Assembly (NCBI GenBank): GCA_021613535.1
Contig: CP075495.1
Location: forward strand, 11,532,001 to 11,596,000
Direction of reading: 5' to 3'
Source: Adineta vaga
Lineage: Eukaryota > Animalia > Rotifera
DNA length: 64,000 nt
Shown here: one piece after another, positions 1 to 13,580 of the stretch
Numbering within the stretch: the first letter of the stretch is position 1
Layout of the letters: each line of letters opens with the position of its first letter
Translations under genes and position numbers: made by a program
Notes under the pieces: model-generated
Told to the model about the DNA's origin: nothing
The model's input: only the letters and a program-made list of their open reading frames with translations
Databases searched by the model: none

Positions 1-42
1 AAAATTCATGTCTTTTTAGATAGTATAATTTTCAATTCGAAA

Positions 43-1329
43 ATGCAACGTTTTCATCGACTTGGTAGTGTAGGTATGGCATTGATCATTTCAGCATTCA
101 CTTTTCATCTTGTTGCCATCTCACTTGATCGTTGGACATCGGCAACATGCAAAACATGTCCAATCGCTTATGAATTTCGAGAATGGAGAACATCTATTCG
201 TGAACGATGCTATCGAACATCAATGCTAAATTTTCTCAAACTTTCCAACGATAGTGAAGAAATCAAAGATGATCCATTCACAACATACGTTTGTATATCA
301 AATAAATATTTACGTGCAAAAGATTCAGCTAATAATGGACAATGTATAGGAAGTACACAAATTGATCCTCAAAATGCATGTACAAGTGGCCAATATAATT
401 CCGATTTATGTGAATGCACGTAAGTTGAAAACATGAATATCTTTTGTTCTGTAAGTTTACTTCTATCAAGTTCTAAAAGAAATTTACAGAACTCAACTAG
501 ATTTATTTATACTGTCGACATATATGAGTAAAAATGACTGTCAATTTTTAAATATTTTAAAAAGAAATCGATTGAAATACTTTCTCACGCTATATTATTG
601 TACAAAGTAAATAAGCATATAGATACAATGTTTCTATTGAACTTCAAGAAAATATTGTTATGATATACATCAAGTTTTATGTTGAAAATGATTATAGTAT
701 AAAACATATATTTTCAACTTTGAGATGATATCATCAATATTGTCGTATTTGCGATATACTAATAGAATATGATTTTCTTTTAGGTATTCGAAAAGTACCA
801 AAGCTGTCATTGGTTTAGCTATCGTCTCTAGTTTTGCACTTGGTATTATGGTTATTGTATCGCATTTCGGAAGTTATATTCAATATGATTTTATTCTAAA
901 ATGGCTTATACCTGGTGGATTTTTTGCATTAGTGACAGGATTCGGTGCTATTTTTATTATTCTGATTATGATGGGTAGCGGTAAATATGAAGATGTCGAT
1001 GAAATTGTAAATTGGAGAACATTAGAAGCCACAAAATGTAAGTAATAAATTTCATTGAGAATTGTTCAATTTTTGAAGATATTCATGTATTATTTCAATA
1101 AATTAAATTCGCAAATACAATTACTAAATGCATATTTGATTTGTATTTCATAGATCCAAATATAAGTGCGATCAATAACACGAATTTATTAAATGAATTG
1201 TATCGAAACAATTTTGATGTCAATTTGGGTATATCGTTTGGTATGGAAATTATTGCTGGACATTTTACACTGATGTCTGCAATTATCTATGCGTTAATGT
1301 TTATTGCTAAGAAACGTCCTGATGCATAA
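43..1329 (+). CDS. Claudin/PMP22-like four-TM membrane protein (3 exons: 43-419, 784-1038, 1154-1329)
   Basis: Exons join in frame at GT-AG sites. N-terminal hydrophobic helix followed by Trp (FHLVAISLDRW), Cys-rich first loop, three further hydrophobic helices, basic C-tail. Confidence 0.6.
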
Positions 1330-2338
1330 ACTAAGCTGATCACTTCTTTTCTTCTTGAATAAATAAATCTACGAAGCAATCAGTTTTTTTTCTGTTCAAT
1401 TTATGTCGTGAATAAAATGAAAAGTGTTTCCTAAAACGAAAAAAGAAGAGAAGTTGTTTTTTTTTCTCGAGTATTGCATAAGTTATTAGAATGATGTCAA
1501 TACTAGAGATATGTCTTCGAAGTATGTGAGCGAAGGTAAGACATATGATAATACTTTCACATTCACATTTATCTTGAAGAGAAAACACGTGCTTTAATTG
1601 TATTCACTAGGTTTATAGAAAAAATTTTGATAGACTTCCCTCAAGTACATACATATCGTAAGATATGTTTCAAACAATGGATATACATGAATGAGAGATA
1701 AATCAATGAAAGTCAAATAAACAATAGGAGATATTATTTGTTTGACAGAGAGGATCAATTCTTTTATTGACTCTTGTAAAACTTCAACTTTAACTTTTAT
1801 TTCTTCTCATATTACAATTGAAACGTCGAAATATGAATTGAAAGTTAATTAGTAACCTTATACAATATTGACGATATCTTTTTTCGTTTGATAAACGAGG
1901 AAAATAACAATTTTACTAATTAATACATACATTCTAGATGAATTAGAAAGCGTTATGTTTGAGAAAGACCAAGATAATCATTTTTACAATTGATTTGTAC
2001 TGTATGACAGCTATTTCATCATAAATTTAAAACTATTTGAACTTTTCTCACACATTTCTTTAAAGTCAATCATTGAGCTACACGTATGTAGTCGTTTATT
2101 TCGCATCAGTATAAAAATGAATCATAGTCACATTTTTTTCTCGTTCTTTCGGTTTTCGTCTATTTTGTGTTTGCTAAGCAAGCAAAAGGAAGCAACTGTC
2201 ATTATACTCTATACACTTTTCTTCCGTTCTTTCGTGATTTTACTGAAAAAAAAGCAATCATTCTGATTCAGTTTACTGTATAATCTTTTCTCTTCTCGTT
2301 TATTCTTTTTATTCCTAAAATAGAAAGAAAAACTCAGG

Positions 2339-2354
2339 GCTACACGTATATAAA
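2339..2354 (+). promoter_or_regulatory. TATA box overlapping a GCTACACGTAT motif upstream of the Grg1-like gene
   Basis: TATATAAA at 2347-2354, ~100 bp before the ATG at 2449; the same 11-mer recurs at 2077-2087. Confidence 0.45.
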
Positions 2355-2448
2355 CAGAGAAAAAACTACAGTATTCTTCATTTTAACAAGTGAAAACTTA
2401 CGATTATTATTCTCATTTCAACTTAACAAATATACAAAATTATCAATC

Positions 2449-3071
2449 ATGCAAAACATTAAAGACGCTGCAAGTGCTGTTTCAGAAAAAGCCAAAGGTA
2501 AGGAAGTATATGTTTCTGTTTTATCAAATCATCATTTGTTCATTTATAGAAGTAACGAGTGGTACATCATATGAGGCAAACAAAGAAGCAGCTAAAAATG
2601 ATAATTTATCTGCGAGTACTCGAATCAGTCATGGTGTTGACGCTGTAAAAGATAAAGGTATACTAAAATTATTTGGATAGTTTCTATTGAAAACTATAAT
2701 CTTTGTTTTGTTATTTAGTTGAAGAAAAAGGTCATGAAACAAAGAAAGAAGCACACAAAGAAGCTGCTGAAGAAAGAGGTGTAATCGGTCAAATTGGTGA
2801 TACAATTTCCAATGCATATAACTTCGTTGCTGAGAAAGTTTCCGGTTAGTATTATAAATAGATCTCCATTTCTAAAAAACTAGAAATTGAATTTTGATCT
2901 CCTTTTATAGAAGCGACAAGCGGCGCATCTTATGAAGCCAACAAGGAAAAAGCCAAAGATTCCGACAATACCGTTGGCCAACGAGTTGGTGCTGGTGTTT
3001 CCGCTGTTGGTGATAAAATCGAAGAAAAATCTCACAAAGCCAAAGCTGAAGCACACAAAGAAGCTTTGTAA
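2449..3071 (+). CDS. Grg1/ccg-1-like (fungal glucose-repressible) small hydrophilic protein with two tandem domains, 147 aa
   Basis: Exons 2449-2497, 2550-2657, 2719-2844, 2911-3071 splice in frame: MQNIKDAASAVSEKAKEVTSGTSYEANKEAAK...AYNFVAEKVSEATSGASYEANKEKAKDSDNTVGQRVGAGVSAVGDKIEEKSHKAKAEAHKEAL. Matches the Neurospora Grg1 pattern as recalled (ASKEANK.VAKDS...G.R...DAISDKV.E.KH.AKAEAHKQ). Confidence 0.8.
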
Positions 3072-3925
3072 ATAAAATTCTGTGGAATATTGACAATATT
3101 TTGTTACTCAGATATGAACTCATGTAATATTTCTCAATCTAAATTACATTTTCTGTTTACGATATTCTAGCATTTCTTTTTTTATTCACTGAAATAAACT
3201 TAAGATAAACATAAATCAAGTTTTCTTCTCTGTCATATATAAACTCTTCAAAACGAAGGACAGAGTGTATAATCGTATAGCAAACAAATGATCAATCTAA
3301 CTAGAAGGACAAATTAGAGAAAAAATGGACAGTTTCGTTGTCGTGATCAGTAGAGAGAACACGTAAACATCAATCAATATTTTTTATGTAAATATTTTTC
3401 TATGATTACCTGGAATGAATATTATTGCATTTTAAGAATATTTTATATTACGTCAATATGTATCAATGAGTACACGATATAATGCAGACGAATGTATGAA
3501 TCATGCGTTTCAGTGTTTCGAGTATAACACAGAAACAAAATCAGGAAAAAAAAATGGATCGTTTTATAAATTATTCATTGATTGATTTGAATAGTCTTTT
3601 CTTTTGTTTTTCATCATTACTTATGTCCATGAAGGTTAATGATTATGAAGGTAAGCCGAAAAACACTTTTCGAACGAATAAAGTTTAGACAGTAAAATAT
3701 AACATAGTTTATTGTTATACAACAAAATTGATCACTTCATTTCAAGAAAATATGTTTGGTATTTCAATAAATAGAGAAAATGATATATGATTACTAAATT
3801 TATTTTCTTTTATATTTGACCAAACGTATACAAATCATAAATAAAAAAGAAAGAAGAAAATATTTCTTTTTCATTTCAAAAGCAAAATAAAAAGCAAACC
3901 CATAATATCTGAATAAAGGCATTGT

Positions 3926-5273
3926 TTAAATGCGTTGCCAATAAAGCTGACGTTCAATAGTTCCATATGGTTGAATTTCTACAGGTAAAAGCTCTTCTAT
4001 GTCTTCATCATCTTCTCTTTCTTTTCTATTTTCAACGAATTTGTGAGATTGTTTTACTTCATTGAAACCAACAGATTTAATTTCTTCTTTGGTGAGATTT
4101 TCTGAAGGTTCTTTCAAATTACTTTTCTTCTTCTTCGTCTTTTTCTTGACTATAACTGTTTGAGATTTCTCATTTTGAACACTCTGTGGACTGGATGAAT
4201 CATCATGAATTGATGAACGACGATATGATAATAAAGGTGGTTCATTTAAAACCGAATTTCGTCGAGATCTCAAACTAAGACATTCGTTAATTGATGTACG
4301 TGTTGAATCAGATAGAAAAGGATTCTTCTCAAGATACATTTCTCGAAGTTTTACTGGATATTTCGTGAATAAACTAAGAAATAATTTTCCAGTATATTCA
4401 GTTAATTGACAACATTCTAAATCTAGATGAGTTAATGTTCGACTAAATAGAAATAAGAGAAAATAAACGAAATACTAAAGATAAAATTGTTACCTTGATG
4501 CAATAATCATACTAAGCATTGCTGCTAGTGTATCATCGATAATATTATAATCAAGTGCTAATCTTCGAATTCGAGAATTAAAAGATATTGAAAAGAAAAG
4601 TTCTGTCCAACCCGCATTTGTAATCGATCGATTCGCGCTTAAAATAACTTCTTCTAAACCTATATAATAACAAAAAATAAATACAATGATGTGCTCTGTT
4701 CTATGTAAATTATACATACCTGATCGTTTTTCATTGGGAACAATTAATGAACATATATTTACGATAGATTTATTAGTTAATTTATTATCTCCAATATCTA
4801 ATAAGGTTAATTTTGGACAATATTCATGTAAAATTGTACACAGTTGGGAAAACATATCATCGGTAAGATCATTTGCATGAATTCTAGATAATTATAGAAA
4901 TTTACTGTATGTATTTTCAATGATATTATGATTACCGTAGATTGATAAGATTTACGCAGTTTCGTAACATTTGAATAAATTTTTTAAATCGATTCTGTTC
5001 ATTAATCATTTGAATATTGAAAATAAGTGATATGATCGCTCTATTTTTCTGTGATAAACTTTTCATCAATACATCAAAATCACTATGAAGAAGAAAAAAA
5101 AAGATTTGAAATGACTTTCCTTTCTCTCTAACTGAAGTAATAGGTAGTAATTACGATTCGATAATTGTACATCGTCGAAATTCTAAAGATTTACAAACAT
5201 TCGTGTCAATCATTTCACAAAGACTAAGAATTTGTTGATGATTGAGCTTTTCTTCTATAAAGATTGTCTGCAT
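3926..5273 (-). CDS. LRRC73: Leucine-rich repeat protein LRRC73-like (multi-exon)
   Basis: Motifs LTLLDIGDNKL..SI..IC.LI, GLEEVILSANRSITNAGW, IRRLALDYN.I.D..A.ML align with recalled LRRC73; ATG at 5273, stop at 3926. Confidence 0.75.
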
Positions 5274-5664
5274 ATTGATTTATAAATGCCAAGAATATTC
5301 TGCTGATGAATTTATTTCTTTAAAAACAAATGCCCTTGTTGTTTTATTATGAGCAAGAAAACAAGAAAAAGTCTTGACAGACAAATGCAGGTGGTGCTGC
5401 TAGGAAGTTACGATTGGTCGCGTAGATGACTCATTCTTTTTCTCTTTGTATAGTATTACTGAACTTTATATTCTTTCACTAAATAATTCTATTTATCTAT
5501 TTGAGAGAACGAAAATGCTTCTCTATTTCTAACAAATAATATATCAACAGATTAATTAAAGTTAACGGATATTTTAATATTAGTTTTATGATAATGCATT
5601 CATATTTGTTTCTCTAAAGATAATATATATGTATATATATGTATGTTGTTATAATGTTTTCTAG

Positions 5665-8600
5665 ATGCCTATCCATCGTACGTCTGTTGAATCAGCTGTA
5701 CCGACGACTACCACGAATGAATTAACAAATGGAAATGTAAAATAACTTAGAATTATTCATTTTATTCAAATCTGATTTTCGTTTCTATTTCAGAAATTAC
5801 AAACATCAGATATGAATTTATCTATTGAATATGATGCACCACCAGTTGATAGTTTGCCTATGGATGAGGATGACGAAGAAGATGATGAAGAAGAAGTGAA
5901 TTTCTATTTGTTAAATTCTTGTTTATTTTGATATTATTGATTTTTCAGTACGAAAGTGATGGAGAAGAACAAGAAATTGCATATAATCCAGCTTGTCATA
6001 TGTGTGGTCTTTCATCCTATACACAATCATGTCAAGGCAAATGCCGTTATTATTTTCATCGTGAATGTGTCAATATTTTCGATGAACAACAAACATTAAT
6101 TTGTCCTGATTGTTCAGCAAGTATGTTTTAAAATTGAAATAAAAGAAAAACTTGATTGATTTCGATTAAAGATCGTTTATTATGTACAATATGTCAACAA
6201 GTTATTACTGAAAATGAATTCAAATGTGGATTTAATCAATGTAATCGAATTTATCATTCATCATGTTTAATGAATTCAAGTTTAATGACATCGCCATCAT
6301 CTGGTGTTTATTATTGTCCACTTCATGTTTGTGCAACATGTCGTTTACATAAACGACCGAATGATAATATCGGTATACTTTTCTTTCTTTATTTTTATTC
6401 GACATAGAAGTTAAATTTCAATATTTACATAGCAAAATTCATGACTAACTAAAAAATCATTAGATTATACATATTGTTTAACTATCAAAATGATGATTCA
6501 TTCTTAGTTCTTTTTCTTTAGGTCATGTATTTATTTGTTTATATTGTCCAACAGCATATCATGGTCATGAACGATGTTTACCAGCTGGTTCTTTATCAAT
6601 CTCTAATTCTTCATCACTATGTTGTCCTAATCATCTTCCAATAGAACGAAAACCAGTGCGTCCCGCTGCATCGCCCTTTTGTTATATATGTGAACAGGCA
6701 ACTCGATCTACGGAATGTTTTATATGTGTAGAATGTCCAGCAACAATTCATCAATCATGTCTAGTAACAACAACACCAGATGAAGAAAAACCAAAAAATT
6801 GGAAATGTGAATCATGTATACGTGGCTTTAAACCACTTTATGGAGACATATGTTGGATTAAAATGGGAAAATTTAGGTAAGATAATTTATACAGTTTAGA
6901 AATGACAATTGTATTGATACATAATTAGATGTTGGCCAAGTCGGATATTACATGAACGTCATGCACCAGATAATCTTCTTGCTCAAGAACGTACTGTTGG
7001 AGAGTTTCTTATACAATTTTTTGGTTCGAAAGAATTCTTTTGGGCTAACAAACATCATTATCTATCATTTGAAAATCGTTGTATCATAGGCAAAGATTCA
7101 CGTGATTATAATAATACAGAACAGATTTTTAAAGATGGTACATTTTCTCTGACGAAATATTCTATTTTCATTATTGAATTTCTTAGGTCTTCGAGAATCA
7201 AAACGTGTCTATAGTCGTTTAAAACAATTTTATGCTAGTAATTTAGTTGAAAATTATGGTGAAGCAACTAAACTTGAAGAAATGACGTTAGATGATGCTT
7301 ATGACGAATTGGAAGATGAAGATGAAGATGATGAAACAGATGATGAATCAGTTGATATGAATTCAGATGAATCGATTAATAATGAACATGAAAAAGTTTC
7401 AATTAGTAATGGAAGATCAAAATTAATTGATCGAAGTGCGAATAAAAGTGGACAAATGCCGGCTTATAGACACATTAAAGTAAAATTCATGTGCATATTT
7501 ATGATGTAATTTATAGAAAATTTTCTTTACAAGACTTTAAAACCTATTGGCGATGCTCAAATACTTCGTTTACCATTAGCTGATATATCCCGTTGTGATT
7601 GTGATCCAAATAAACCTGATCCATGCAGTTCAGATGAACATTGTTTAAATCGAATGCTTAAATATGAATGTCATCCACATGTTTGTGCTGCTGGTAAGTT
7701 TCATGGAATAAATAATTATAGAGTCGAGTAACATGAGATCTGATATGGTTAATATGACGAAAATGAACTCTTTCTATTTGTATAGAATTTCTGGTTGTAG
7801 AATAATTAATGTAACCTTCACGTTGAGTTTAGTTTACAAAAGAGAGTACACAATGGATTCTTTCGATAGGGTTGAATCTAGCGTTGTATCATTATTAAGA
7901 CTTCGTCAATCTTCTATTTTAGGAACAACACTTTATAACATATATGAGGCTTTTCTCGTACCGTACAGTAACATCACATGTATGTTCTTCTGTACGATGA
8001 AATGAACTGCAATAGATATGACGGAAAATGCGTGAAAGCATGCATAGAACATCCGAATTTGTTAGATGTGAAAGTGATATTTTATAAAAAGAAGTAAACT
8101 AGTAATGGTTGAGTTCAAAGAAACTTTAAACATGAATCTATGTATATCATCGACGGTTATTGAATTGATTTTTCTCTGCTATTTTTAGGTGACAAATGTA
8201 AAAATCAGGTAAATACTTTTCGCAAGTGATTGATTTAATTTAAATGTATAACTCTTGTTTCTTTTCAATTAATCAGCGTTTTCAAAAACGTAAGTGTACT
8301 AATTTATTGAAAATCCATGTTTACATCGAATTTTACCTTCGTAGGTAATTATCCAGCTCAACAAGTATTTTGGACAGCTGGTCGAGGATGGGGTTTAAGA
8401 GCATTAGTACCAATTAAAGAAGTAAAATAGATAGTAAATGTCTTGTGAAGTTTGTTTTTAATATACGATTTAAGGGTGAATTTGTCAATGAATATGTTGG
8501 CGAACTAATAACTTATGAAGAAACTGAACGACGTGTTAAATTAGCTCGAAAGAATAATGTTAAAGATTTCTATTTTCTTGTTCTCGATAAAGATCGGTAA

Positions 8601-9471
8601 GATAATTTTGTAAGATATAATATGAATAGAATTTTATGAATGTTTTTAGTGTTATTGATGCTGGTCCACGAGGAAATCTCTCACGATTTGCTAATCATAG
8701 TTGTGATCCAAATTTACGTACAGAAAAATGGAATATCAGTGGAGATTTACGTGTAGGTTTATTTGCTGTACGAGCTATTGGAGCTGGTAACTATCTGCAA
8801 TGATATTGATAAGAAAAGACGGAAGAAAAATTTATTCTTTTAGGTGAAGAATTAACTTTTGAATATGGTGTTGAATCTGAATTTCGTGGTGATACTATAT
8901 TTCATTGCCTTTGTGGAGCTGAAACATGTACTGGCTTTATGGGTCGCTCGAAAAAGCTTGGCGGAGTATATTTCGATAAAGAAATTCTAGAAAATTTTCA
9001 TTTCTCGAAACTTATTTATTTAGGTTACATCTGTTAATGAATCATCCTCATCAGCCACATCTGCTTCAAATGGAGTTTCAAATGGTCGTCACAGTAATAA
9101 AAATCGCATACAGACATCAAATATAACTGGTGAACAAGATGCTAATACATGCTTTGGTTGTGGTTTAACAGGTCAATTAATTGCATGTCATATGTCGAAT
9201 TGTTCACGAAAATTTCATCCAAAATGTGTTAAAGTTAAAGGTCAATCATTTCGACATCGTTCACCGCCACGTAATTTCATTTTAGTTCTCTTGTCATCGA
9301 TCACTATGATTACTTTCTGTTGTAGAACGTTGGATATGTCCATCACATCGTTGTGATATATGTGGTGTGGATGCTAGTATTGCTTGTGCAGATTGTTTAA
9401 GTTCATTTTGTGCTGAGCATCGAATAGAAAATATGCATGGTGCATATTGCTTACTTCATGGACATGAATAA
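5665..9471 (+). CDS. NSD: NSD/MES-4-type histone H3K36 methyltransferase (PHD fingers, PWWP, AWS, SET, post-SET, C-terminal PHD/C5HCH)
   Basis: Four Cys/His PHD exons, PWWP-like [34 protein letters not shown]...FVNEYVGE...[20 protein letters not shown]...EELTFEY, post-[23 protein letters not shown]. Confidence 0.9.
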
Positions 9472-12400
9472 TTATATATTCTTAACAAAAATCGTATATA
9501 TGTGTATTTTTTTGTCTGTATGATCATTTATATATATACATGTCAGATGGGTTATGTCGTGAGCCCTTTCTTTCTTTTTTGATTGTATTATTAAAAATAG
9601 ACTTCAAGAACGAATACAATTAGTTCAAATATATTGAACAATTATCAGTTAGAAAAGTACTTTTCTATTTTATTAAAATATATAGAGAGTAAGACTTTAC
9701 TCTTAATAAAATAGTCATCTTTAAAACATTCTTTTATAAATGTACTGAGAATTCTTACAGATGCACTTACTAAACCCAAATAATGATAAATTAAGAAGCA
9801 TCGCGACGCCCAAGTGACTATTCTATAGGTTCATTAGCAGAGGTACTTGGTGTTCTTCGGACAATTTTCCTCTTAAAACTTAGGTATAAGTTCCTTCTAT
9901 ACCTATTACTTTTATCTACGTCTTCGGTCTAAATGGCGTAAAAAAATACCTAAAACATGAACAGAGTAGAAAATGAACCCAGATAAATGTGATGATGTAA
10001 CAAAAGAAAGAATTTGTATCATGATTTAATCACTCTTGCCATCTCGATCTCTATTTTTACTACACCCATACCGCATAAGATATAAAGATCGACAAAATGC
10101 GATGTTGTTTGAAAAAGTTTTATCCAGACGATGCCAATCTCAACTGTTTCTGATACTTTCATTCTCATAAAGATGGCGATTCTTCTTTATAAATTATATA
10201 GCAGTGATATCCGTGTCGCTCAACAGTTTCTCATCTTGTAGACTTGGTTGTGAGCTCTTTTGTGCCGGCATCCATAACCTGATCTAATCAGTTTTGGTCA
10301 TATTTACCTTCACAATTCATCCTCTATTTCACGAGATCATCTAAAGAATGATGGCGAAAGAAAATTAATGACAACCATGTTTCTATGATACAAGTATTTT
10401 TTCCAAAAGAAATCGGATTAAATCGTGCATAATTAGACATAATCACGATCTGTTCTCGAATAAACTTTTGTTTATCATCAAATGTAATCATAAAATAATG
10501 AGATTCTTTCAATTTCACAACCTTCTTTTTTTATTTATCAAATAGGAATAAACCACTATTGAAATGATGAGTTATTGAAGTAATAAAATAACCCAAGAAA
10601 AATCTCAAACATTTTCTACGGTGTTTTTGCGAAAATTTTACTTTCATATATTAAACTACATCTATATAATTTGCTTGTTTATATATATACATCAGTAGAT
10701 ATTTGATTTATTCTGGTGTCTTCTAAAACGTTTGAGTTCTTTTTAATCGAGTGGGATATCTGCGGATTTCCCACTTTGACATCCTGTGTCTATGTTCCTC
10801 TTGATTTCTGGAGGACTCCTGTCGAAAGCAATGTTTTGTCTGAGACTTCAGAGACAGTTCTGAATGTCAAAATCTTCGTCTTAGATTGTTCTTCAACGAG
10901 CAATGGTCTTCAAACAAAATTCAACAACACAGAAAAAGCACTCGACGAAACTGATTTTGAAATGTGCCGACAATAAAGGTGCTAGCATCAGGCAGGACTA
11001 GGTCTTCTAGATTTTGTCGATAAAAAAGAAACAAATAAAAACTAATTATAAAGCTGTATATGTTAGATTATTTGCATCAGACAGATCGATCTGATATTTT
11101 GGATTTGTGTATAGATCGACCAGACCTTTCGTTTCACAAGAGTTCCAATAGATTTTAGCTCTAAATATACGACTGGAACTGGCTGGCGCATGAAAATCAC
11201 GAAATATCTCATAGTATTTTAGACTTAACTATTATAAAAAGCTTCTCTTATAACCTTAGAACTATATGGGACAGTCAGAAAAAACTTCTGTCTTTTGATA
11301 TAAAAACAATTACATTTTTCTCTTATACTCTGCTTACGCTTGAGCAAATATAGGGATGAATTATTAGTATACATTCTGATCAAAATGACATCTGGAAATA
11401 TTTTGTTACTTAACCAAACTTCGATCGAATGGTTTGAAAATTTCCGAGAACATACATCAAGATATACTATATTTTATAAGTCTGTAAAATTGGCCATTGG
11501 GAGGATTGCAGCTTTCCCCTCTCATCTGTTAACTCTTTTTCTTATTAAATAAAGTTCTTCATTTAATTCACTATAGTTTGAAGAGAACAATTAGTGGGAA
11601 ATTGCTTTGATTATTAAAATGATAAGCTTCAAGTAAATCTGATTCTATCCTATCGAATACAATCGAAAATTATTTTGGGTTAATAACCCTAGTTCAAGTG
11701 ACTCAATATTGTAAGACAATCGTTGTACTGCGTACCGCGGTCGTGATTTTATTAAAGTTTTGAATGCTCTTCTAATAACATACAAGTCAACGCTTTGTTT
11801 CATTATTATGAATGACAGCATTTCAATGCAAATATTTACAAACAATTCATTTCTCTGATGTGGTATTAATACGTTTTTATTAGTCTTTTTGAGAAAAAGA
11901 TCAACTAGATCAAAGAATAAAAAGACCGTAATTATCGTCTATAATTAGCGTACTGATAGAAAACAGGAATTCCGAACGCTTTAATTTCCATTATCTTTTA
12001 TGTTTTTATCAAATAAATGATTTCTTTTGTATATTAAATAGATTTTGTAAACATCTTTCCTTTTCTTTTCTCAGTCTATTTCATTGATAATACGCTTCTT
12101 AATTTCCGTAGAACTGTTTCAGACTACAAATGTAACAATTATGAACGGAAAAAGTAAAAAAAACACAAAAGAAAACACGCAGATAATCAAACGGAGAAAA
12201 GAAAAAAAACGTGACGATGAGGATGTTTTTTTACCCAATATCTTAAGTTTGAGCTCTAAGCATCAACGGTGTGGTCTTTTATATTCGTCTATCATTCTTT
12301 CTTCATCATCTTCTTCTCCTCTTTCTTTCTCATCGACATGATTCTTCCGTTTCCCCGTCACATTATTGTCGCTTTTCAAAATATTATGAGAAGTTCCGTT

Positions 12401-12605
12401 CTTACTTATATGCGAATAGTGCCGTCAAAGTATATATCATCAGAGAAAAGGTAAAAAAGACGACATCCATAGCATTGAGCTGACAGCATTCACTTTAGTA
12501 AATAAAATAATATTAAAAAAAAGAAAGAAAAAAGATAGACGAGTATAAACGAGAGAAATATTTTCACTCGTTCAAAAATCAGTATTACTCTTAACATTAT
12601 TTCAT

Positions 12606-13580
12606 ATGGCTCTTCAAACGTCAAGAATTCGTCGAAAAGATGAAGATGATGAAAATCATCATCGTCATCATCAAGAATACGATGAAGAAATTGAAGAAAC
12701 TGAAGATGATCTTATTGAAAACTATCGTTATTTAACACAACGATGTGGAGTATTACGTCAATCTCCAACTGCCAGTGCTATAAGTGCTATTCAACAGGAA
12801 CAAGAAAAACAAAAACACAAACAAACAAATCAATCGTTATTTGTACGTCAGTATTCATCTATAAGTGAAACTACTCATGATCGTAATCGTCATAAAACTA
12901 AAACTCTCGTCAATAACAATGAACTTGAACGTTCATTTTCTTCAACAAGACCACGGTGCTCACCATTTAATGATTTAAATAATAATAATCAAACGTATTC
13001 AACAAATCGTAATCGATTACCACCAACGATTTACTATAATGATGAAAAAGATGATGGACTTGGTAATGGTCAATCATTTTCTTTAGTAAAACTATTCGCA
13101 CGTATGAAAGCACGTTTGAAACATGATCGACGCTATCGTTCGAAAGCAACACATGAACTACTCTATGAAGAAGATCCTCAAGAATGGTTTGAATTAACTA
13201 AAAATGTTCGAGCTATTCTAACTAAAGCATTACTACCCGATGGTGGTTATGATGCATTAACAAATCGTTCGAAAACTCATAGTCGACAAGGTTCATGTAA
13301 GAAAGTTCGTGAACATACACCCGTTCTATCAATCGATTTCAATGATGAGGACAAAATCACTATCGATATTGATGATGAATTGAATACTGAAGGTGATCCG
13401 GAATTCGATGAAATCATATGGGAGAAATTTTTAAAATGTCCACGAGGTTATAATTATCGACGATGTGGAGTATGTAAAGCTATTGACCGACAATATTTTC
13501 AAGGACAATTAGTTTTTTTCTATGGCGTTGCTAATAATATTCTAATTGACGAAAATTTAAAAGCATCAGGATTGGGTTAA
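12606..13580 (+). CDS. Intronless hypothetical protein, 324 aa
   Basis: Long uninterrupted ORF in AT-rich DNA with host-like codon use; low-complexity N-terminus and ordered-looking C-terminus; no family recognised. Confidence 0.7.
   Translation: MALQTSRIRRKDEDDENHHRHHQEYDEEIEETEDDLIENYRYLTQRCGVLRQSPTASAISAIQQEQEKQKHKQTNQSLFVRQYSSISETTHDRNRHKTKTLVNNNELERSFSSTRPRCSPFNDLNNNNQTYSTNRNRLPPTIYYNDEKDDGLGNGQSFSLVKLFARMKARLKHDRRYRSKATHELLYEEDPQEWFELTKNVRAILTKALLPDGGYDALTNRSKTHSRQGSCKKVREHTPVLSIDFNDEDKITIDIDDELNTEGDPEFDEIIWEKFLKCPRGYNYRRCGVCKAIDRQYFQGQLVFFYGVANNILIDENLKASGLG

Noticed and set aside
9750-11900. Short ORFs (10324-10518, 10716-10976, 11340-11552) as genes or transposase remnants
   Set aside because: No recognisable motif or consistent exon chain.
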